Shown: one piece after another, positions 26,412 through 32,000 of the stretch | How the letters are laid out: every line of letters starts with the position of its first letter | How positions within the stretch are numbered: position 1 is the stretch's first letter | NCBI GenBank assembly: GCA_000025185.1 | Contig: CP001848.1 | Span: forward strand, 3,840,001-3,872,000 | Length of the DNA stretch: 32,000 bases | From: Pirellula staleyi DSM 6068 | GTDB taxonomy: Bacteria > Planctomycetota > Planctomycetia > Pirellulales > Pirellulaceae | Direction: 5' to 3' | Program-made: the position numbers and the translations under genes | The notes under the pieces: generated by a model | Told to the model about the DNA's origin: nothing | Seen by the model: the letters and a program-made list of their open reading frames with translations, nothing else | Database searches by the model: none

Positions 26412-26750
26412 ATGATCAAGATTGAAGCGATTGTCCGGCACCACAAGATCGACGACATCAAGAGTGCACTCGTAGCCCTCGGCTATCACGGCATGACGGT
26501 GACGGAAGTCCGCGGCTTTGGCCGGCAGAAGGGTCAGAAAGAAACCTATCGCGGTGCAGAGTACAAAATCGATTTCGTTCCTAAGCTGAAGATCGAGATC
26601 ATCGCCGACAAGGCGAATCAAGATCAACTCGTGGGCGCAATCATCAAGGCTGCTCAAACCGGTCAGATTGGCGACGGCAAGATTTTCGTATCGGAAATCG
26701 GTGAAGCGATCCGCATTCGCACGGGCGAAACTGGCACGACTGCACTGTAA
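26412..26750 (+). CDS. glnB: Nitrogen regulatory protein P-II
   Basis: 112 aa counted from ATG 26412: MIKIEAIVRHHK..., T-loop GQKETYRGAEY with the conserved Tyr, B-loop TGQIGDGKIFV, C-terminal IRIRTGETG. The ORF-track start 26346 adds 22 non-family residues. Confidence 0.95.
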   Translation: MIKIEAIVRHHKIDDIKSALVALGYHGMTVTEVRGFGRQKGQKETYRGAEYKIDFVPKLKIEIIADKANQDQLVGAIIKAAQTGQIGDGKIFVSEIGEAIRIRTGETGTTAL

Positions 26751-26835
26751 TTTCCTGGCACTTCATGTGCTTGGATCTGCAGGGAACTGATGGTTGCAGC
26801 GGGCAACGCTCGAGGCAACAAAATCACCCATTCTT

Positions 26836-26870
26836 CGTGGAGAGGAACACCTGTTCTTCTCCACGATTTT
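26836..26870 (+). terminator. Rho-independent terminator of the P-II gene
   Basis: A 13-bp stem, CGTGGAGAGGAAC (26836-26848) pairing with GTTCTTCTCCACG (26853-26865), includes one G-U pair and has loop ACCT. It is followed by ATTTT. Confidence 0.6.
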
Positions 26871-26995
26871 GAATAACGAAATGCATCTGAGAAAGGTTCT
26901 CGGGTGCGACAGCATCCGGACAAAACGTCCGGATGAAGACAATGCATCGGGTGAGCAATGAAGCTCTCCCTTGCTCACTGAAGGAATATTCTCCA

Positions 26996-27235
26996 ATGGT
27001 TGGCGCGTCGTCCCTTACCACCGCAGATTCTGATCTTTGCCAAGTTATCACCACGCAATTGGCTGAAACTCGCCGGGCAAGTCTCGCTCGCCTCGCGGTC
27101 AAGGTGGATCAAGGTTGTGTCACGCTCCGTGGTCGTGTCGGTTCGTTCTACGAACGACAAATTGCCATCACCTGCTGCCAAAGTGCTGCTGGTGTTTCGC
27201 TTGTGATTGATCACGTTGAGGTTGCCGTCAACTAA
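26996..27235 (+). CDS. Small BON-domain protein
   Basis: LAVKVDQGCVTLRGRVGSFYERQIAITCCQSAAGVSLVIDHVEV fits the BON pattern (V-x-V-x-x-G-x-V-x-L-x-G-x-V ... GV-x-x-V-x-x-x-h-x-V). ATG 26996 is preceded by AAGGA; the ORF track begins at 26933. Confidence 0.6.
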   Translation: MVGASSLTTADSDLCQVITTQLAETRRASLARLAVKVDQGCVTLRGRVGSFYERQIAITCCQSAAGVSLVIDHVEVAVN

Positions 27236-27487
27236 CGAGCGATTGGCAAGTCCCACTTCGCATCGTCTAGCCGCTTCGTTGCTCAGAGAGTTTGTGGTGA
27301 GCAGCCTAGTTCGTGCAGACCGCGATCTCGGTCGACTCGATTCGCTCTACCTCTGTTTGATCAACGCTGCATTCTTCTACTTCCGTACATAACCGCTCGC
27401 TGCATGAGGCAGTACCAGTACACTCGGCGAGGCTTCAGCCTCTCGAGGCTGCACTAGCGGTCCTTTGCAAGAGGCAAAGCTTTGAAG

Positions 27488-27520
27488 CAGCCTGGCACGA
27501 AACTGCCAGGCTGTTTTTTT
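27488..27520 (+). terminator. Strong rho-independent terminator, about 250 nt from the nearest plus-strand CDS
   Basis: CAGCCTGGCA (27488-27497) pairs with TGCCAGGCTG (27504-27513) around loop CGAAAC, followed by TTTTTTT (27514-27520). Confidence 0.65.
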
Positions 27521-27562
27521 GCGCTGATTGGGAGCTCTGAGGCTCCCGCTTACAAAACCGCA

Positions 27563-27778
27563 TTACGGCGATGGTGGTTGCTGCCACATCTTTTCGTAGT
27601 TGGCTCGATCGATCGCCTCGGACTGCTCAAAAGCGCGGCGGACCTCGTCGTCCGACATCGCTTCGACGCGAGGTGGCCACAGCAGTCCCACCGTGCGGTA
27701 GATCGAAACAGCTGCTCCGAGCAACAAGATGCCTAGGCCAATGTACTTGGCCACCGAATTGCTTTCAGTACTGGCCAT
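27563..27778 (-). CDS. Mini-ORF encoding a 71-aa single-pass membrane protein candidate
   Basis: One hydrophobic helix ([16 protein letters not shown]) and a charged tail ([27 protein letters not shown]). Its ATG (27776-27778) overlaps the 3' end of the upstream DUF1559 gene by 14 nt (ATGGCCAGTACTGA). No family recognised. Confidence 0.4.
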   Translation of the reverse strand: MASTESNSVAKYIGLGILLLGAAVSIYRTVGLLWPPRVEAMSDDEVRRAFEQSEAIDRANYEKMWQQPPSP

Positions 27779-28817
27779 GGATCAGTTCCTGTTCATCTCG
27801 CGTGGCCATTGAGCGGAACAGTTTCCCCGCAGCATACGGATTCACTTCGCCCCGACTTGGGGCAGCTGTTTCTTCCGGGTACTGATAGCCCGAGACAGCA
27901 TCGCCGTTGATCCCCTCGCTCACAAACCGGACAGAGCCGTCGCAGAACACGAAGTTAGCCCCCTCGGTATGATCCGAGCGGAACGAACTCATGTAGCTCG
28001 CCCAGATGTTGACCGGAGGTGTCACCGAGAAGTCGTAGTTGTAGTGATTGTTGAGTCGATTGCTGGCGAGTGTGGCGTAGGTGGCATAAGTATCGGGCCA
28101 AGTCGGTGTCACGACGCTGGTGACAGTTTGCCGAGTCGCGGGATTGATCACTCTTCCCCACCGCTCGCCGAAAGCAAAGGTGTGCGAGAGACCGTCGGTG
28201 ATGTCGGCGAGTCGCAGCACGCGTCCGCCGCTGCGAGTGGTGCATCCCATGCCTGCTGGATCGACGATGCCGTTGAAATAGAGTTTCGACTTCGGGAAAT
28301 AGACGCAGTAGTAGTGCGACGGATCGTTGCCCGGGCACATCCAGCCCCACGAATAGTGGTTGTCGCCGCAGTTCACGCCATAAGAGCAGTAGGTTTTCGG
28401 GGCTCCAGCGGCGGGCGTATCGCTGGGGCAAATGAACGTGGGGACGCGCTGCGTGAGCATGTCGGGATGGGCGTCCACCGATAGTTGCTCCATAAACGGA
28501 AGGAGCAGCGCCATGGGAGAACGTGGCGTGGGGCATGCACCGACAACAGCAGCTGGCTTGCCAAACTTGTAGGGATGGGGGAACGCGGTGTGGGTGTCGT
28601 GAAAGTTGTGCAGCGCCAGTCCCATTTGTTTGAGATTGTTCTGACACGACATCCGCCGGGCAGCCTCGCGCGCAGCTTGCACGGCGGGAAGCAAAAGTCC
28701 GACGAGGATCGCGATGATGGCGATCACAACGAGGAGTTCGATGAGTGTGAAACCGAGCGAGCGGGACCATGTGCGCGCAGAGCAACGCAGCGATGGCCGG
28801 GGGCGCAAAATGCGCAT
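27765..28817 (-). CDS. DUF1559 / H-X9-DG protein with prepilin-type N-terminal cleavage/methylation leader (paralog 3)
   Basis: RSLG|[52 protein letters not shown] at the N-terminus. C-terminal [17 protein letters not shown] has exact H-X9-DG spacing. Confidence 0.9.
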   Translation of the reverse strand: MRILRPRPSLRCSARTWSRSLGFTLIELLVVIAIIAILVGLLLPAVQAAREAARRMSCQNNLKQMGLALHNFHDTHTAFPHPYKFGKPAAVVGACPTPRSPMALLLPFMEQLSVDAHPDMLTQRVPTFICPSDTPAAGAPKTYCSYGVNCGDNHYSWGWMCPGNDPSHYYCVYFPKSKLYFNGIVDPAGMGCTTRSGGRVLRLADITDGLSHTFAFGERWGRVINPATRQTVTSVVTPTWPDTYATYATLASNRLNNHYNYDFSVTPPVNIWASYMSSFRSDHTEGANFVFCDGSVRFVSEGINGDAVSGYQYPEETAAPSRGEVNPYAAGKLFRSMATRDEQELIHGQY

Positions 28818-29132
28818 GGCGGCAACCTTTCAGGGAAGCAGTGAAGAAAGGGAGCTGCGTGGCGTGCGGAGGGATAGAGCGCTTGGCGGGCTATCGCAGC
28901 GAAAGACTACTCACACAGAGTAGAACTAGATCTCCCTACGATAGGGAACGTCGAAAAGAAATGCAACACGTCGCCACGAGATCGGTGAGCCAGCGCGAGG
29001 CATCGCTGCATCAAGAAACGCAACAAGGCGCGTCACTACCTTAGCTGTAGTGCCACGCCTCATTGTTTTTTGTCAGCACATTTCAGGTCGCGATTGCTCG
29101 CTGTACCTACGAGCACTCACGCCCAACCATTG

Positions 29133-29597
29133 CTAGTTCCGTCCCGGCACCCCTTGGCGTTCTGCGGGAGGTCCGCTGATCACTGGGATCTGAATCGGTG
29201 GAATCAGGTTATCGCCGGTCTTCACCACCAAGGTGAGCTGCGTGTTGGCACCGTCATACCAGCCGAGCAATTTGTCGGTGCTACCGGTTTCTGTCTCGGC
29301 CTGATTTTCATCGGGCCAGAGCATCACAATTTGATAGCCACCTTCGGCAGCGCCATCCCCTTGGGTGTAGGTCGTCATGCGGAAGTTGCCGCTCTGATCG
29401 GTCACCGCGTAGGGATTCGTGGGGACCTGAGGAACCATCGGCGCGCTGGTGGGAAGCAAATAGACGCGCACGCCAGCTGCAGGTGCACCTGCATAGAGGA
29501 CCTGGCCACTCACGGGAAACACAGGAATCACTTCGGGCTTTGCTTCACAGCCGACGAAGCAAATCGCAGCCATCCATAACCAATACCAATTTCTCAT
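29133..29597 (-). CDS. Small lipoprotein with carboxypeptidase-regulatory-like (transthyretin-like) beta-sandwich signature
   Basis: Signal peptide plus lipobox-like WLWMAAICFVGC. Beta-sandwich pattern VSGQVLYAGAPAAGVRVYLLP ... AVTDQSGNFRMTTY ... GGYQIVMLW. Embedded among the DUF1559 genes on the same strand. Confidence 0.7.
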   Translation of the reverse strand: MRNWYWLWMAAICFVGCEAKPEVIPVFPVSGQVLYAGAPAAGVRVYLLPTSAPMVPQVPTNPYAVTDQSGNFRMTTYTQGDGAAEGGYQIVMLWPDENQAETETGSTDKLLGWYDGANTQLTLVVKTGDNLIPPIQIPVISGPPAERQGVPGRN

Positions 29598-29735
29598 GAT
29601 CCGTATCGAGCCTTCATGGGTGGTGGGGGAAAGGTGCGGCGCTCGGCTCTCGCTTCGTCCGGTCGACGATGGCGAGATCAGTTTCCGAGGAGCCGCTGCA
29701 AAACGATGTTGCGCGATCGACTCAACAACTACGGT

Positions 29736-30710
29736 TTAGAAGTCGGCAACGATATCGTTTCCGTTGCGTGTGATGAGTTTTACAAAGGGACGCATGTCCA
29801 TGTTTTTCGAGATGAAGCGAACACTTCCATCGGCAATGGCGTGCATCGCGCCCGAGCTGTGGAAGGCATAGACTTCGTTGCCGTTGTTGCAGTTGGTGTG
29901 GCAGTTGCCACCGCTCGTGGCACCATCTTGGCTCATGCCGTGGGTGATGTATTCGCAGTCGTGATCGGCCCAGCCACCATCAGTCCCTGCAGTGGGGCTG
30001 TAGAGCTTGCCAGCACGATAGTTGGCAGGGCGGCCAGCATCTTCCGAGACCAAAATCGTGTTCGAGCTGCCGTCGCGAATCTCGGTCAGATTGACCGTCA
30101 CGTTCACTTGCAGAATGCCGTTACGCATCACACACACATCGGCGAAGCCTGCCGCTTCGAGGGCCGAGTCGTAGCCATTGTTCGGTGCGTAGTCGCCAGC
30201 GGCTGCTTTCACCACCACGCTATTCACAGTCTTCTCGTAGAAGCGTTCGGTTCCGCCAGGCGTGCTGGGGCAAACGAAACCTTTGAGCGGTGTCGCAACG
30301 ACTGGCAAGTTTTCTGTAGCGGCCCAGTTCGCATTCATGTTGTAGCGGTCGGCCAAATTGCCTTGTTCCATGAAGGGAAGGATGAACACGGCCCACGAGT
30401 GGTTGACGTTGTTCGTGGTGACGCCGAGCTTTTTGCAAACTTCCGAAGTGGCTGCGGTCGTGCCCGAGCGCAGTGCTCCGGGTGGAAAGAAGCCTTTGGT
30501 GTCGTGAAAATTGTGAGCGGCAATGGCGATCTGTTTCATGTTGTTCGAGCAGCTCATGCGCCGCGCTGATTCGCGGGCTGCTTGAACGGCAGGCAGCAGC
30601 AGCGCTACCAGCACGCCAATGATGGCAATGACAACAAGCAATTCGACCAGCGTGAATGCGCGGCGATTGCGATAGGTGGTGGAGTTCATTTCTCGATTAG
30701 TCCCAAGCAA
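29736..30710 (-). CDS. DUF1559 / H-X9-DG protein with prepilin-type leader (paralog 2)
   Basis: NRRA|[52 protein letters not shown] at the N-terminus. C-terminal HSSGAMHAIADGSVRFIS. The internal ATG (MNSTTYRNRRAF) is a possible alternative start. Confidence 0.9.
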   Translation of the reverse strand: MLGTNREMNSTTYRNRRAFTLVELLVVIAIIGVLVALLLPAVQAARESARRMSCSNNMKQIAIAAHNFHDTKGFFPPGALRSGTTAATSEVCKKLGVTTNNVNHSWAVFILPFMEQGNLADRYNMNANWAATENLPVVATPLKGFVCPSTPGGTERFYEKTVNSVVVKAAAGDYAPNNGYDSALEAAGFADVCVMRNGILQVNVTVNLTEIRDGSSNTILVSEDAGRPANYRAGKLYSPTAGTDGGWADHDCEYITHGMSQDGATSGGNCHTNCNNGNEVYAFHSSGAMHAIADGSVRFISKNMDMRPFVKLITRNGNDIVADF

Positions 30711-30742
30711 GAGTTTTATGTATTGGTGCGATCGGTTCGGTT

Positions 30743-31630
30743 TTAGAATTCGGAGAGAGGCTGGCCGTCGTTGATCAGCATCAAGCGGCTCCAGTTGTCC
30801 GAAGTTATCGTGTAGGTGATGTTGCGCACCGAACCGTCGCAGAGGGCGGCGTTGAAGACGTTGGGATGCGAGCTGCCAAAGCGGACCGACCAGAAGGTCG
30901 ACGAGGCCGAGGTGGGGTGCTTGGAGTCGGGCTGCGGAACAGCTTCCGCCAGACGAATGTGATCTTGGTCCCAGCCCGAGTTGTTCCAGATTTCGTTATC
31001 GCCACCAGCGCTTCCCAGCGTCGTGACGTGCACCTGCTTCTCGGCGATCATCAGCGTTTGGCTGGTGCCATCGACCAGGTCGGCCATGCGGCGGAACTGT
31101 TCCACCGGAGCATTGGCAGCCTTCGACGTGCTGGGGCTCTTCCACTGGCGAACCATCACACCCTGCAGCCCCTCGGCTGCCATGCTCTGACCACCATTGC
31201 CGGCGTAGTCGCTGCGAGCTCCGTTGGAGTACACAGTCGGCTGACGACGCGATGGGCAGTAGAAGATCGGAATCGCGGTCTTCGCCACCTGTGTGTTGCC
31301 AGCGGTGTCATCGGGCAGGTCGTAGACGTTCTTCTGTTCCATAAAGGGGGTGAGGTGAAACATCCAGGTCCAACCTTGGCGGATGTTGGCGTTGCAGCAG
31401 TCTTTGTTCGGGCCATCGCTGCCAGCACCTGGAAAGTAGCCGTGGATGTCGTGGTGATTGTGCATGGCGAGCGCCATTTGCTTCAGGTTGTTCGAGCAAC
31501 GCATGCGAGCTGCAGCTTCGCGGGCGGCTTGAACGGCTGGGAGAAGCAGAGCTACGAGGACGCCAATAATGGCGATCACTACGAGTAGCTCTACAAGGGT
31601 GAATGCAGGGCGGAGAAGGCCTTTTCTCAC
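30743..31630 (-). CDS. DUF1559 / H-X9-DG protein with prepilin-type leader (paralog 1)
   Basis: GTG start preceded by AGGAG. LLRPA|[52 protein letters not shown] at the N-terminus. C-terminal HPNVFNAALCDGSVRNIT. Confidence 0.9.
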   Translation of the reverse strand: MRKGLLRPAFTLVELLVVIAIIGVLVALLLPAVQAAREAAARMRCSNNLKQMALAMHNHHDIHGYFPGAGSDGPNKDCCNANIRQGWTWMFHLTPFMEQKNVYDLPDDTAGNTQVAKTAIPIFYCPSRRQPTVYSNGARSDYAGNGGQSMAAEGLQGVMVRQWKSPSTSKAANAPVEQFRRMADLVDGTSQTLMIAEKQVHVTTLGSAGGDNEIWNNSGWDQDHIRLAEAVPQPDSKHPTSASSTFWSVRFGSSHPNVFNAALCDGSVRNITYTITSDNWSRLMLINDGQPLSEF

Positions 31631-32000
31631 GGACGGTGCTCCTAACGGGGAGTATGGTAGACGGATGACCGTATGTAACCGTATCCACGGGCGTGATGTA
31701 CAGCTGAAGATCTTGTTAAGAAGCTGTGAATCAAGCTTTTTCGCGGGGATTCATCGAAACTTTTTTCTGGAACCGGTGTTGCCGTAAACTGCTGAAAACA
31801 ATGGTCAAACGGTCGTTAGTGTTCCGCTAAGGTATTAAGAGTATTCGGTGATAGCAGTGCAGCTAGGGTGCTGCACCCACCTCGCTGGGCGGGATCGGCA
31901 AACCGCACTGAGTGCTACGGCTGTGCTAGACACATGAGCATCGAGTGTGCTCGCTGCGTGCTAGAAACAAGCGCAAGTATCCCTCGCGTGAGGACTTACA

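Noticed and set aside
29616-31588. Plus-strand ORFs of 317 aa (29616-30569) and 240 aa (30866-31588) opposite the DUF1559 genes.
   Set aside because: The minus-strand frames carry the conserved prepilin leader and H-X9-DG motifs. The plus-strand translations are low-complexity (Val/Ala/Gly/Arg/His) with no motifs, so they are antisense artefacts.
31800-32000. A possible RNA gene or operator repeats at the right edge: a GTGCAGC/GCTGCAC hairpin near 31857-31875 and two GTGCTAGA copies near 31924 and 31958.
   Set aside because: There is no tRNA-like cloverleaf or conserved T-loop/anticodon features. The repeats are short (8 nt) and the region is truncated by the window end. They may simply belong to the promoter region of the DUF1559 operon.
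1-32000. A scan for CRISPR arrays, IS elements or inverted terminal repeats, prophage genes, toxin-antitoxin pairs and known defence-system hallmarks.
   Set aside because: I noticed no regularly spaced direct repeats, no transposase, integrase or recombinase motifs, and no nuclease/ATPase pairs typical of defence systems. The only multi-copy sequences are the diverged DUF1559 leaders.

Overview
Gene-dense, moderately GC-rich bacterial chromosomal segment with about 27 supportable protein-coding genes. I recognised no rRNA, tRNA, CRISPR array, transposase or integrase. Several hallmarks suggest a Planctomycetota (Pirellulales-like) genome, which is inference: three prepilin-leader DUF1559/H-X9-DG paralogs, a Tat-signal xylose-isomerase-like TIM-barrel protein, a PQQ-like beta-propeller, long Pro/Ala/Ser-rich linkers and many starts without a clear Shine-Dalgarno. 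Left to right the window holds: the queA 3' end; a four-gene ABC exporter (HlyD adaptor, ATPase, two different FtsX/MacB-type permeases); an unusually long recQ; ftsH; rsgA; a cysteine desulfurase plus an A-type Fe-S carrier; a two-gene minus-strand unit (signal-peptide protein with a Gly/Ser-rich tail, then an MMP-like matrixin with a prodomain-like N-terminus but no signal peptide); a 2-hydroxyacid dehydrogenase; fused cbiE/cbiT (cobL); an alpha/beta hydrolase; a solitary pstB followed by a small ATP-grasp gene; two TIM-barrel isomerase/epimerase-like genes, arfB and a beta-propeller protein; a stand-alone P-II gene behind a 618-nt non-coding region; a small BON protein followed by a hairpin-rich non-coding stretch with its own intrinsic terminator; and a five-gene cluster of DUF1559 paralogs with a small lipoprotein and an overlapping mini-ORF. 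Most of the window is ordinary housekeeping. I cannot demonstrate a new system from sequence alone. The best leads are the DUF1559/lipoprotein/mini-ORF cluster, the leaderless MMP-like zymogen with its secreted neighbour, and the R2K-like ATP-grasp behind an orphan pstB. All family assignments come from motif recognition by eye; no searches or computations were run.
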